Below, piece by piece: positions 24,496 through 36,305 of a stretch of DNA of 64,000 bases. The stretch spans positions 7,695-71,694 of the IMG/VR virus record IMGVR_UViG_2706796252_000001, one strand, 5' to 3'. The stretch comes from a virus. Below the pieces are notes generated by a model, which worked only from the letters and a program-made list of their open reading frames with translations, was not told the DNA's origin and searched no databases. Each line of letters begins with the position of its first letter. Positions within the stretch are counted from its first letter, which is position 1. The position numbers and the translations under genes were made by a program.

Positions 24496-27400
24496 CGTCC
24501 TACTGCGATCAGTGCGCAGTTAATGAATGAAGTACTGGCAAAGCTGTGTGCAGTATACCCAGCAACCCGGTAGATCTGCACGAGAGCATTTCTATTGTTC
24601 ACGTTGTAGGTAAACGGACTGGTCACAGCGAAGTAAGGCATATTGTTGATATCAGCACGAGCACCCAGTATAGGTTGCACAGTGATAGTAGGAGGTGCTA
24701 CGAACCCCATCGGGTAGGTGTAGGTGTACTGCAACACATCCACCGCAGAGTAGGTGAGTCGTATCGTTGCGTAGACGATCTGAGTGCCGTCAGCGAAACG
24801 TACAGAACGACCTACGTTCTGGTTGTTGTTGCCGTTGTTCTGGAAGATAGCGGTAGTCAGAGGTTCAGAGGTTACCGAACCCTCCAGTTGGTTCGAAGCC
24901 AACAACCGCACCCAGCTTTCCCACCCGTTGTTCGACCGAGCACGGTAGAACACAGAGGTAGCGTAGGAACTAGCACCACCAGTACGCGGGAAAAGCAGCT
25001 GGTACTTCGTGGAGTTGTCGAAGACCGAAGTGATACCAGCGTGACCGTTCGTACCTTCCATGCCCGGCGGAAGACCAGCAGTTCCATTCGGTACCGAGTA
25101 GAAGCCGTTGAGGGCTGCGTTATCGATGCTGTTACTCGGAAGGGTCTGGTTTGCAATGGGCATACCACCAAGGTAGCTCAGCGCCCCACCAGCCGAAGAA
25201 GCACCCAGCAAAGCCACACCAGTAGGCGTGGCAGACAGGTTACGCCAGCCACCGTCTGCACTGTCCTGAATCGGTACGAAGCCAGATAGAGTCGGGCTGC
25301 CAGCAGGATTGAACAGCGGCAGTTCCATGAACTTCAGGGTTCGTGGCTTGGTGACGTTGTTCTTGTCCAGCCAGGTGAAGGTAGCCAGTTCTACCGGGGT
25401 CTGCCACGTACCAGCGGAGTTGGTAGTACGGATGAACAGACGGCCAGTGTAGGCCGGATTCCACAGCTGCCAGCCCTTGTTGGTGTCGTAGGACTTGTGG
25501 TCCACGAAAGCCAGGGTAGTGTTCAAGCCAGAGGGCAGAGGGTTACCCGCACCGGCAGGTACATGGTAGTAGCCACTGCGTACACCCGAACCAGACAGCT
25601 GAGCACCGGTACGGCTATCCATGGTGAGTTCACCGTAGCCGTACCGTTGAGTCCAGGCTTGGATGAACGTGACCACGTACTCGGTGTTGGCGATAGCCTT
25701 GCCGTACGGCAGGAAAGGAGTCTGTGTGGGGACAGTCGGAGTACCAGTGAAGGCCGGGCTATCCAACGGAGCGAAACCATTGGTATCGCTGGAGTTGGAG
25801 AAGAACTGACCGAGCTTGTCAGCGATCTTTTGTGCCGAAGCATTGGTCAGATGCAGCCCATCACTCGCAGCAAGATCAGGGTCCATGTACCCGTCCTTGG
25901 CGATGAGACGTGCGATGTCCAGGGTCTGGGCCAAACCATTGACCTTTGGCAGTTCGGTGTTCCACCACTGGTCGGTGTAGTCACGCAGCTTGACCGTGTT
26001 GGACGAGGCATCGTTGTACGCCTTCGTGCCCTGCATGGAGTTGAACAGCACCACCTGGGCACCGACAGCATGAAGCTGGTCGATGATGGCTTGGGTATCA
26101 GAGGTGCGCTTCTCCATGGTCATGGAGGCATCGTTCACGTCATTCGTGCTGGCATGCATGAAGACTACCTTGACGCCAGAGTTGGAGATCTCCGACAGCT
26201 GGCTGAGGTACTGCCAGGTACGACGGCCTTCCACACCCTGGACAAGCACCAGGTTGTTCCGGTTGGTGGCGTAGAGCGGAACCTTGCCGAACCAGGTACC
26301 AGCCCAGTTGCGGTTGTTGTTGTAGGGGTTGTTCCCACGGGTTACCCCATACTCGTTCTGACCAGCAGCGATGCTATCTCCGTAGCAGATGAGGTTGGGC
26401 TTGCACACCGAGATGTAGTCCAGATCCAACCACCAGTTCTGTGGTGCTACAGGCATGGACGAGACTTCGATGAAGGCCGGCTTGATAGCGTCAACCATCA
26501 GACGACCACCACCCTTCTGCCAGATGCCATTGGGCATGCGACGGAAGAGTTCAATGTGGCGGTTCACTGCGTCGTACTTCACAGCGAGGTCTAGCCAGTC
26601 CTCGGTACCCAAACCAGTAAACATGGTGGCAGCGTTGCGGGTACCACCCTCGGTGCCTTGCATGTGGATGGTGTTGGGTTCCACCAAGCCATTCGCATTG
26701 ACGTTGAAGTAGACCACGCAGTCCTTGTTGTCAGCAGCGATGAAGCGGATCTGTGCAGAACGGTTCTGCGAGGCGGTACCGGTCTGGGTCTTCAACCGCA
26801 TGTAGACGATCCAGTGGCTGTCCGGGAAGGTCACTGCCTGCCGTACGAACGCACGGGAACCGCTGCCATCGGTCTTGGTCAGGCGCATGACGCTACCGTC
26901 CGAGACAGCCGTAGCAGGACCAGAGACGGTCCAGCGGTAAGGGTCGGTACCTTCGTAGGTGAAGGTTTCGTTCATGCCTACCAGCGGAGGTAAAGAGCCG
27001 CCCTCGACCTTCTCAGCCATGGCGTCAGCCAGATCCCATGCACGGTCAGCCTCACTCTTGGAGCGGTCAGCTTCCGTCTTCGCACGGTTTGCTTGCGTGT
27101 TGGCTTGGGTGGCAGAGTTGGCCGCAGCAGTAGCCGAATTGGCTGCGTTCGTAGCCTGGGTAGTGGCACGGTCAGCTTCCGCCTTAGAGCGATCGGCCTG
27201 GGCGGTAGCCTTGGTCACCTCTGCCTTTGCAAGGGTCACTTGCTCAGCAGCCAAACCAACCTGAGCCTCTGCACGGTCAGCCGACTCTTCGGCATCGTCT
27301 CGTGCATTGCGAGCATCAACCACCGCTTGGGTGATCTTGTTCATGGCTTCCTCGTCCCACGGCAGATTGTTGGGCGGAGGCATCAGGATCAGTTCCTGCA

Positions 27401-27695
27401 CGTAGACCGGATCAACAGAGTCCGGCACGTAGAAGGTGAAGGTGTACTGCGAGTAGGGATCGTCCTCGAACTCATCCTCATCACCGAGTGCGGTGACGCG
27501 GTAGGCAGAGGTAGACGATTCCAAGTCCATGGTGAACTCACCATTGGAGTCAGTCACCATCTCGTAGGTTTCGGGAATAACGACACAGTGCTCTGCATCG
27601 CTCATACCAGGACGGGTGAGCCGCACAGTGAACTTCTCGTTCGCCTGTGGGCTACCGTCCGGGCTATGGAAGGTGAAGATCACCTTGGTAGTCAT
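24486..27695 (-). CDS. tail fibre/tailspike with SGNH hydrolase domain
   Basis: 1069 aa; Ala-rich ADRS/A coiled repeats; GDSI, G, STND and DGLH SGNH blocks; PLDSPAFTGTPT fibre repeat; knob-like C-terminal modules. Confidence 0.9.
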   Translation of the reverse strand: MTTKVIFTFHSPDGSPQANEKFTVRLTRPGMSDAEHCVVIPETYEMVTDSNGEFTMDLESSTSAYRVTALGDEDEFEDDPYSQYTFTFYVPDSVDPVYVQELILMPPPNNLPWDEEAMNKITQAVVDARNARDDAEESADRAEAQVGLAAEQVTLAKAEVTKATAQADRSKAEADRATTQATNAANSATAAANSATQANTQANRAKTEADRSKSEADRAWDLADAMAEKVEGGSLPPLVGMNETFTYEGTDPYRWTVSGPATAVSDGSVMRLTKTDGSGSRAFVRQAVTFPDSHWIVYMRLKTQTGTASQNRSAQIRFIAADNKDCVVYFNVNANGLVEPNTIHMQGTEGGTRNAATMFTGLGTEDWLDLAVKYDAVNRHIELFRRMPNGIWQKGGGRLMVDAIKPAFIEVSSMPVAPQNWWLDLDYISVCKPNLICYGDSIAAGQNEYGVTRGNNPYNNNRNWAGTWFGKVPLYATNRNNLVLVQGVEGRRTWQYLSQLSEISNSGVKVVFMHASTNDVNDASMTMEKRTSDTQAIIDQLHAVGAQVVLFNSMQGTKAYNDASSNTVKLRDYTDQWWNTELPKVNGLAQTLDIARLIAKDGYMDPDLAASDGLHLTNASAQKIADKLGQFFSNSSDTNGFAPLDSPAFTGTPTVPTQTPFLPYGKAIANTEYVVTFIQAWTQRYGYGELTMDSRTGAQLSGSGVRSGYYHVPAGAGNPLPSGLNTTLAFVDHKSYDTNKGWQLWNPAYTGRLFIRTTNSAGTWQTPVELATFTWLDKNNVTKPRTLKFMELPLFNPAGSPTLSGFVPIQDSADGGWRNLSATPTGVALLGASSAGGALSYLGGMPIANQTLPSNSIDNAALNGFYSVPNGTAGLPPGMEGTNGHAGITSVFDNSTKYQLLFPRTGGASSYATSVFYRARSNNGWESWVRLLASNQLEGSVTSEPLTTAIFQNNGNNNQNVGRSVRFADGTQIVYATIRLTYSAVDVLQYTYTYPMGFVAPPTITVQPILGARADINNMPYFAVTSPFTYNVNNRNALVQIYRVAGYTAHSFASTSFINCALIAVGRWK

Positions 27696-27724
27696 GGGTA
27701 TATCCTCTTCTAAGGGAGCGTGCA

Positions 27725-28401
27725 GTGTACCGTTTATTCAATAGCCAACAAAGGGTGATCAATGGTGTACCTAGGCTTGTTACCGCTGATAAAAGCAGCG
27801 ATGTACATCCAGCCCGTAGGACCATTGAGCATTCCTATGGTGAAGCCATTGTGCCTGAAAGTTGTATTCCCGAAGTCCACCCGGAAGTAGGCACCTTGCT
27901 TAATCTTGGTAGCATCAGCATACCAGCTTCCAAGTGTTCGACCCCCAGGGAAGTTAGGGTTGTAGCCGTAGGGCAAGAACCTTTGGATACCACCAAGGAA
28001 TACTGCTGGTGTGTAGCCAGTATCGAATACGCCATTACCATCAGCGTCAAATACCTGCATACCCCAGCCAGCAGTCTTTGGCATATGCACAGCAACGATC
28101 TTGTACTTACCGGAATACACCGAAGGAGCCATACCAGCAAAGTTGGTCAGTACAAAGCGACAACCGGTCCAGTTACCGTTAGAACCGAACCAAGTGAAGT
28201 CCATGAAACCATGAGGGCCATCTTGCTTAGCGAAGAAAATTGGCAAGCTCTGGGATCTGATAGGGGTAGGGAACTGCACGTAGATAAAGTCTTGCCTAGG
28301 GCTGTCATACTTATAGGTTCCTTCGAACACAACAACATAGACGGGGTTCATCTCGTCGATGCAGATGTCACTGTTTTCGTTCGTCAGTTTGATACCGTAA
28401 G

Positions 28402-28405
<4 letters not shown>
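27725..28405 (-). CDS. tail-associated protein
   Basis: 223 aa; MTYGIKLTN...I.IDE N-terminus typical of genes downstream of J-like tail tips. Confidence 0.7.
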
Positions 28406-30037
<1,632 letters not shown>

Positions 30038-30041
<4 letters not shown>

Positions 30042-30310
30042 TCCACGCAGGAACGCAGTCCGCCGAGGATCGAGCGCAGCGAGCACCGCAGAGCGAGACG
30101 GGAGTGGATGCGTGGATAGGCGGAAGGAATAATTGAATATTCAATTTCCCCCGGTCAGGGGTCAGGCTACGGGTCATCCCTTGCGGGCCTCGCTGCGCTC
30201 GCTCCTCGGGCGACCACTTCACCTGACCCCTTCCCTGGATGGAGAAGGGGGAGGGTGAGCGCTAGTGGTCGCCCTGGGACGGCCCCTTCCAGGGGCGAAC
30301 CCCTTCGAAA
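30038..30310. repeat. cluster of inverted repeats in the divergent intergenic region
   Basis: CCTATCCACGCA/TGCGTGGATAGG (30038/30109); CGAGCGCAGCGAG/CTCGCTGCGCTCG (30071/30189); palindrome ATTGAATATTCAAT; GGGCGACCACT/AGTGGTCGCCC; GCCCCT/AGGGGC. Confidence 0.85.
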
Positions 30311-30379
30311 GAAGAGGGGTGAGAGTCCCCTATTATATATAAGACACTTTCGTGATCATTTTTTAACCAGGAGGTTTTC

Positions 30380-30808
30380 ATGGAAAAACTCACCGCTGCG
30401 GACGTACCTTTCAAGGACTTCCCCATCGACTCCATGCCAAACCTCCTGGCTCAGCTGGGCAAGGCTCGTGCTGACACCATCCGGTTTCATGGCTTGGATC
30501 GAAGATCGATAGGAGGACCACGGACTCGTTGGTTTACCAACCCCCACGCAAAACGCCTACAGGGGCTGCCTGATGCGTTTTCAGACCGAGGGGTAGAGGA
30601 CATCCTCTCAGGCATCGCATCAGCCACAGAGGGCTCCCAGAGGCCGTTGTCGGCTGCACGTCTGTTCGTCCTGCTACAAGAACCTCAGCTGTGCTATGAC
30701 CTGCTCATGGGTGGCATGGCTTTGGAGAAGCGACAAGCGCTTCGCTACATGGCAGCAGCCAAGCTAGCCGTGTTCCACCTCAACCGATACTTTGGAGCAA
30801 GCCAATGA
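30380..30808 (+). CDS. hypothetical protein
   Basis: AGGAGG SD; 142 aa; first gene of the replication operon. Confidence 0.8.
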   Translation: MEKLTAADVPFKDFPIDSMPNLLAQLGKARADTIRFHGLDRRSIGGPRTRWFTNPHAKRLQGLPDAFSDRGVEDILSGIASATEGSQRPLSAARLFVLLQEPQLCYDLLMGGMALEKRQALRYMAAAKLAVFHLNRYFGASQ

Positions 30809-31185
30809 GTGATTTTTCCGACTCGCCACATCCCGTGTGCAATGCACAGCATCCACAGGGCCAGCCCTGTGTAGACTGCAAGAAGCTTCATCAAATGATG
30901 CCGGTCAAGTCAGCAGAACCGGCCCACAAGGTCCAGCGTGAAGCTACACCCCTGAATCGCTACCAGCGTCCGATCCCCCGTACCTGGAAGTTCGTAGACG
31001 TGTACCGGATCAACATGCTGTTCCCCCTGGGTGAACTGGATCCGTCCGGTGCCCTGGACCACGCTCGCAAGAAGCTGATGGCACCAGGTCAACGCAGCGG
31101 CGGCAAGAGCCTCTGGCAAGACGTGAAGGAAGCCAGGGATACCCTCAATCGTTGGCTTGAAGACAACGCAGGAGAGGACGACTGA
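30805..31185 (+). CDS. hypothetical protein (DUF3310-like pattern)
   Basis: DVYRI...DHARKKL..G.R..K...QDVKEA. Confidence 0.7.
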   Translation: MSDFSDSPHPVCNAQHPQGQPCVDCKKLHQMMPVKSAEPAHKVQREATPLNRYQRPIPRTWKFVDVYRINMLFPLGELDPSGALDHARKKLMAPGQRSGGKSLWQDVKEARDTLNRWLEDNAGEDD

Positions 31186-31186
31186 C

Positions 31187-32197
31187 ATGGGTCAGATCTA
31201 CACCAACCAGACGGGTATCCCGATGGCCATGGCTTTGTGGCTGGCTTCGGACTACTACGACTACAGCGAAGCAGGGCTGTCGGCCACCACCCTGCTGAAA
31301 CCAATCAGGCAGGTTGTGCTGGCTCGACGGATCAAGCCATCCGACTCCATGGCCGATATCGAGGGCATGATCGCCAACCGCATGGGAGCGGCGATTCACG
31401 ACTCCATCGAGAAGGCTTGGACCGTGAACAAGGACCGGGCACTGGATGCCCTGGGCATCCCTGCAAGCGTCGCTAAACGTGTGCTGGTGAATCCCACCGA
31501 GGCGGAACTCAAGGCGTTCAACGAAGCCAACGAGCAGCCTGCTATCACCGTCTACATGGAGCAGCGGTCCAAGAAGGAGTACGCAGGAGTAATGGTCTCC
31601 GGCAAGTACGACTTCGTGGCAGACGGCCAGGTGGAAGACTTCAAGTCCACCACCACCTTCAGCTACATCAAGGACTCGAAGGACAGCGACTACATCCTGC
31701 AAGGGTCGATCTACCGTGCTCTCAATCCTGGGCTGATCACCAAGGACACCATGAGAATCCACTTCATCTTCACGGATTGGCAGAAGTTCATGGCGAAGCA
31801 GAACAAGGACTACCCTCAGAGCCGTGTGGCTTCGAAGGTATTCAACCTGATGCCCATCGCCGAGACGGAAGAGTGGATCACCAACAGGGTGAAGTGGTTG
31901 ATGTCCCTCAAGGATACCCCTGAAGCGGATCTGCCCCTGTGCAGCGACGAAGAGCTATGGCGTAGCCAGCCGGTGTACAAGTACTATCGTGACCCCGCCA
32001 AGGCTGACCAGAAGGGTGCTCGCAGCACCAAGAACTTCGACAGCCTGTCGGAAGCCATGGCTCACCGTGCCAAGGATGGGAACGTTGGCGTAGTAAAGAC
32101 CATCCCTGGCCAAGTGAAAGCCTGCCTCTACTGCCCGGCATACCTACTGTGTACGCAGAAGGACATGCTCATCGCCAAGGGCGACCTCATCGTATAA
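31187..32197 (+). CDS. PD-(D/E)xK nuclease (Cas4/RecB-like; N4 gp42-like)
   Basis: G.AIH, SGKYDFV, VEDFKST, Q..IY and C-terminal CLYC-x5-C; start re-assigned to ATG 31187. Confidence 0.8.
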   Translation: MGQIYTNQTGIPMAMALWLASDYYDYSEAGLSATTLLKPIRQVVLARRIKPSDSMADIEGMIANRMGAAIHDSIEKAWTVNKDRALDALGIPASVAKRVLVNPTEAELKAFNEANEQPAITVYMEQRSKKEYAGVMVSGKYDFVADGQVEDFKSTTTFSYIKDSKDSDYILQGSIYRALNPGLITKDTMRIHFIFTDWQKFMAKQNKDYPQSRVASKVFNLMPIAETEEWITNRVKWLMSLKDTPEADLPLCSDEELWRSQPVYKYYRDPAKADQKGARSTKNFDSLSEAMAHRAKDGNVGVVKTIPGQVKACLYCPAYLLCTQKDMLIAKGDLIV

Positions 32198-32211
32198 ACC
32201 TGGAGTAAGTG

Positions 32212-34380
32212 ATGCTCACGTACGAGGAAATGCAACACCACCCGACCTCGGAACGCATCGTCGAAATTCTGTGTGAGAAGACCCAATCCAAGAACCACAA
32301 GTTCTTCAGGATCTTGGTTGGCTTCCAGTTCTCGATGATGGCAGCGCACATGCGTTGCCACATCAAGACTCACGAACGAGGCGAGATTCCGGTCAACATG
32401 TACGCCCTCAACCTGATGCCTTCGGGCGCAGGTAAGGGTTTCTCCACGAAGGTGATGGAGGACCAAATTACCTATGGCTTCCGCCATCGGTTCATGGAAA
32501 CCTTCGACACCGCAGCCGAGAAGCACCTCGACGATCTGGCGTTCAAGCGCCACATCCGAAAGGGGTCCGAACTGCCCGACGAGCAGGAAGCTGTCCGTAA
32601 GGAGTTCAAGTCTCTCGGCCCCCTGCTGTACGACTTCGACTCGGGCACTGGCCCAGCCGTCAAGCAGATGCGTCACAAGCTGCTGATGGCCAATGCTGGT
32701 GCAGTCAATCTCGTCGTTGATGAGATTGGCTTGAACCTGCCTGCCATGACCGAGATCATGCCGACGTTCCTTGAACTGTTCGACGTGGGTTCGGTCAAGC
32801 AGAAGCTGGTCAAGAACACCAACGACAACCTTCGCGGCGAAGAGATCATCGGTCGAACGCCCACCAACCTCATGGCTTTCGGTACCCCCGGCAAGCTGCT
32901 GGATGGGGGCAAGACCGAGGACCAGCTGATGGAGTTGCTGGAGACTGGCTACGCTCGTCGTTGCTTCTTCGGCATGGCTGGCGAAGGCAAGAAGGTGGAC
33001 ATGACTCCGGAAGAGGTCTATGACCTCATGACGAAGAACTCCACTTCCACCTTCATCGAAGATCTCTGCGACGATTTGGAACGTCTGGCAGACGCGAGCA
33101 ACATGCGTCGTGTACTCACCATGGACAAGGACACCGCTCTGCTGTCCATCGAGTACAAGCTCAAGTGCGAGAAGATCGCAGCAGGCTTGCCGGAACACCA
33201 GGAAGCCAAGAAAGCAGAAGTGACGCACCGGTACTTCAAGGCTCTCAAGTTGGCAGGTGCTTACGCTTTCGTGGACGACTCGCCGGTACTCACCATGGAT
33301 CACCTCTACGCAGCCATCAAGGTTGCCGAGGAATCTGGTGAGTGCTTCGACATGCTCATGACCAGGGACCGTCCCTACGTGAAGCTGGCGAAGTACCTGG
33401 CAGCGACCAACTCGGAAACCACCGTGGCTGAACTGGATGAAGATCTCCCGTTCTACCGTGGCTCCCGTCAGCAGAAAGACGACATGCTGGTGATGGCTAC
33501 TGCCTGGGGCTACAAGAACAACATCATCATCAAGAAGACCTACGAGCAGGACATCATGTTCCTCCGTGGGGAAGCACTCCAAGCCACTGACATCCATGAC
33601 AAGAGCATGATCGTGGCCTATTCGCAGGACATCGCGTACGGCTACTTCAACGATCTCGCTACTTGGGATGATCTGTGGAAGATGACCCAAGCCAATGGCA
33701 TCCACTGGATCAACCACCACCTCAACGGCGGGGAAGATCGCAAGGGTCACCGCAATGAAGAGAACTGCCGGGTTGGTTTCAACCTGCTGGTAATCGACAT
33801 TGACCATGGGTGCAAGATGTCCACGGCCAAGGAATTCCTGAAGGGCTACAAAGCCCTCCTGTACACCACGAAACGCCATCAGACGGAAAACAACGGTGAT
33901 CGCTTCCGCATCATTCTGCCGTTGAACTACACCCTGAAGATGGACGCCAAGGAGTACAAGGAGTTCTACAACGCCGTCATCGAATCCCTGCCTTTCGAGG
34001 TGGACGATGGCGTCGGTCAGCGTGCACGGAAGTGGCTGTCTCATGCCGGCCACTACGAATACCTGGATGGTGAGTTGTTCGACGCACTGCCCTACATCCC
34101 GAAGACCACGAAGGATGAAGAGCGTCGGCGTAACCTCAAGGATCAGGCGTCGATGGACAAGCTGGAGCGTTGGGTAATCAACAACACCGGCGACGGCAAC
34201 AGGAACAACATGTTGCTCCGTTACGCAATGATCCTTCTGGATGCTGGCTTCAGCGTCAATGCAATCCACGGCAAGGTGAACGAACTCAACTCGAAGATGG
34301 CTGACAAGCTGTCGGAGATCGAGATCGCTTCCACCATCATGGTCTCTGTAGCCAAGAAAGCTGGGGCCAACGGCAACTGA
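32212..34380 (+). CDS. DNA primase (N4 gp43-like)
   Basis: SGAGK; primase-like VIDID, YTTKRH, RFRIILP; C-terminal GNRNNML (PriCT-like). Confidence 0.85.
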   Translation: MLTYEEMQHHPTSERIVEILCEKTQSKNHKFFRILVGFQFSMMAAHMRCHIKTHERGEIPVNMYALNLMPSGAGKGFSTKVMEDQITYGFRHRFMETFDTAAEKHLDDLAFKRHIRKGSELPDEQEAVRKEFKSLGPLLYDFDSGTGPAVKQMRHKLLMANAGAVNLVVDEIGLNLPAMTEIMPTFLELFDVGSVKQKLVKNTNDNLRGEEIIGRTPTNLMAFGTPGKLLDGGKTEDQLMELLETGYARRCFFGMAGEGKKVDMTPEEVYDLMTKNSTSTFIEDLCDDLERLADASNMRRVLTMDKDTALLSIEYKLKCEKIAAGLPEHQEAKKAEVTHRYFKALKLAGAYAFVDDSPVLTMDHLYAAIKVAEESGECFDMLMTRDRPYVKLAKYLAATNSETTVAELDEDLPFYRGSRQQKDDMLVMATAWGYKNNIIIKKTYEQDIMFLRGEALQATDIHDKSMIVAYSQDIAYGYFNDLATWDDLWKMTQANGIHWINHHLNGGEDRKGHRNEENCRVGFNLLVIDIDHGCKMSTAKEFLKGYKALLYTTKRHQTENNGDRFRIILPLNYTLKMDAKEYKEFYNAVIESLPFEVDDGVGQRARKWLSHAGHYEYLDGELFDALPYIPKTTKDEERRRNLKDQASMDKLERWVINNTGDGNRNNMLLRYAMILLDAGFSVNAIHGKVNELNSKMADKLSEIEIASTIMVSVAKKAGANGN

Positions 34381-34416
34381 GCTTAGGGGTGCCTCCGGCA
34401 CCCTTTCGCTTCCAAC

Positions 34417-35163
34417 ATGGAGTCAATCATGACGCAAGTGAACGACCATCTGGTCTTGGTTTCCGGTCTGTCCGCTACTGGCAAGTCTGCCTGTCTGCGG
34501 AATCTTCGGGAGCCGGAGAAGGTCATCTACCTGAACTGCGAAGCCGGTAAGCGGCTGCCGTTCAAGTCTCGCTTCATCGAGCGGACGGTGACCGATCCCT
34601 ACCAGATCCCCACTGTCTTCGATGCAGTGGTGGAGGGAAAGGTAGAAGCCCACACCATCATCATCGACACCCTCACCTACCTGCTGGACATGTACGAGTC
34701 CCAGTACATCTACCGGGCTGCCAACGGGCAGGCTGCATGGATGGATTTCCAGCAGTTCTTCAAGGATCTGATGCAACAGAAGGTTGCCAGCAGTCCCTGC
34801 AAGGTGATCTTCCTGGCCCACACCAAGGAAGAGTACAACAAGGCAACCATGGCCATGGACGTGTGTGTCCCGGTCAAAGGCGCCTTGAAGAATAACGGCA
34901 TCGAGTCCTACTTCTCCACGGTGATCTCCACCAAGAAGGTGGAGCTTGGGAAGCTGGAGCCGTTCAAGGAGAACAACAAGCTCTTGGAGATCACGCCGCA
35001 GGAGGAAATGCTTGGCTACAAGCACGTCTTCCAGACGCAGATCACCAAGGAAACTGTCGGTGAGCGCATTCGTGGTCCCATGGGTATGTGGACGCACGAG
35101 CAGACCTACATCGACAACGACATCCAGAAGGTTCTTGACCATCTGGACTGGTACTACAACTGA
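34417..35163 (+). CDS. Sak4-like AAA/RecA-fold ATPase (N4 gp44-like)
   Basis: GLSATGKS Walker A, IIIDTLT Walker B, FLAH; located between primase and SSB. Confidence 0.8.
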   Translation: MESIMTQVNDHLVLVSGLSATGKSACLRNLREPEKVIYLNCEAGKRLPFKSRFIERTVTDPYQIPTVFDAVVEGKVEAHTIIIDTLTYLLDMYESQYIYRAANGQAAWMDFQQFFKDLMQQKVASSPCKVIFLAHTKEEYNKATMAMDVCVPVKGALKNNGIESYFSTVISTKKVELGKLEPFKENNKLLEITPQEEMLGYKHVFQTQITKETVGERIRGPMGMWTHEQTYIDNDIQKVLDHLDWYYN

Positions 35164-35189
35164 TTCACGCATCGAAAGGAAACAGCACT

Positions 35190-35936
35190 ATGTTCGGTAA
35201 CCTCAGCACCAGCAACAACAGCGACATCAAGGAAGCCAAGGACAGCATCGGTGGCGGCAGTCGCATCTTCGACACCGACATCTACGCCTTCAAGATCCTG
35301 GCCGCCTACGGCTCCGAATCCTCCGGGGGCGCACTGGCAGTGAACTTCGAGTTCGAAGAGCACGGCACCGGTCGCAAGCTGAAGATTCAGCAGTACGTGA
35401 CCAGCAACAAGGAAAAAGGCCAGACCAACTACTACGTGAACGCCGAGGGCGAGAAGCACTATCTGCCGGGCTTCAACATCGTCAACGCCATCTGCCTCAT
35501 GACCGCCGAAAAAGAACTGGCGGCCTGTGCACCGGAACAGCGCACCCTGAAGATCTACGACTACGACGCCAAGGCCGAAGTACCCAAGCAGGTTCCGGTT
35601 CTCACCGACCTGACCGGCAAGGACATCTACCTGGCCCTGGAGAAGATCATCGAGAACAAGCGCGTCAAGAACGAAGCCACCGGCCAGTACGAAGATTCGG
35701 CGGAAACCCGCGAATCCAACGACGTGGCGGCGGTCTTCCACTTCGGCACCAAGAAGACCCTGAACGAAGCCCGTGCCAAGGCTGAACCCGAGTTCTTCGA
35801 CAAGTGGAAAGAAGCCAAGGCCGGTACCGTACGCGACAAGTCCAAGAAGGTCGCAGGTGGCGGCGCAGCTTCCGGTCGCCCTGCTCCGGCAGGCGGCCAA
35901 GCAGGTGGCGGCAAGCCCGCAAGCCTGTTCAGCTAA
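35190..35936 (+). CDS. ssb: single-stranded DNA-binding protein (N4 gp45-like)
   Basis: N4-type synteny; SIGGG, YLPGF; Gly/Ala-rich C-terminal tail. Confidence 0.82.
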   Translation: MFGNLSTSNNSDIKEAKDSIGGGSRIFDTDIYAFKILAAYGSESSGGALAVNFEFEEHGTGRKLKIQQYVTSNKEKGQTNYYVNAEGEKHYLPGFNIVNAICLMTAEKELAACAPEQRTLKIYDYDAKAEVPKQVPVLTDLTGKDIYLALEKIIENKRVKNEATGQYEDSAETRESNDVAAVFHFGTKKTLNEARAKAEPEFFDKWKEAKAGTVRDKSKKVAGGGAASGRPAPAGGQAGGGKPASLFS

Positions 35937-35939
35937 GCC

Positions 35940-36305
35940 ATGAAGGTCCGGGAACTGCTCGATTCGTTGAAGCGGCAGTTGAGCTACTGCACGAACCCGC
36001 AACAACGCGAACGGTTGCTGGACCACACCTTACGCATCCCTGTCCTTCGCCCCGGAACTGTCGGGGCGAGGCCATCTGTGGATGTGCTGAGTGTGGTTCC
36101 TGGCTTCGATTGGGATGACGGTTCGATGTTCTGTGAACCCAATTCCGACATCAAGCTGACCGTACTGACCCCTGAAGAAGTGAAGACCATCATGGCGAGC
36201 TACAGCAAGGGGACATCTTGGTTTGCCTACCAGGAAACCAAGAAGCTACGGGAAGAAATCAACCGGCTGAAGAAACAGCTGGAGCTACTTGGAGGTAGCG
36301 AATGA
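35940..36305 (+). CDS. hypothetical protein
   Basis: 121 aa in the operon. Confidence 0.75.
   Translation: MKVRELLDSLKRQLSYCTNPQQRERLLDHTLRIPVLRPGTVGARPSVDVLSVVPGFDWDDGSMFCEPNSDIKLTVLTPEEVKTIMASYSKGTSWFAYQETKKLREEINRLKKQLELLGGSE

Noticed and set aside
27030-27290. Short repeated DNA motifs (GGTCAGC...) in the tail fibre gene as a nucleotide repeat array
   Set aside because: They reflect the 7-residue ADR(S/A)K.E protein repeat, are imperfect and have no spacers
31187-32197. Cas4-like gene as a sign of a CRISPR system
   Set aside because: No repeat-spacer array or other cas genes seen; stand-alone Cas4-like nucleases are common in phage replication modules
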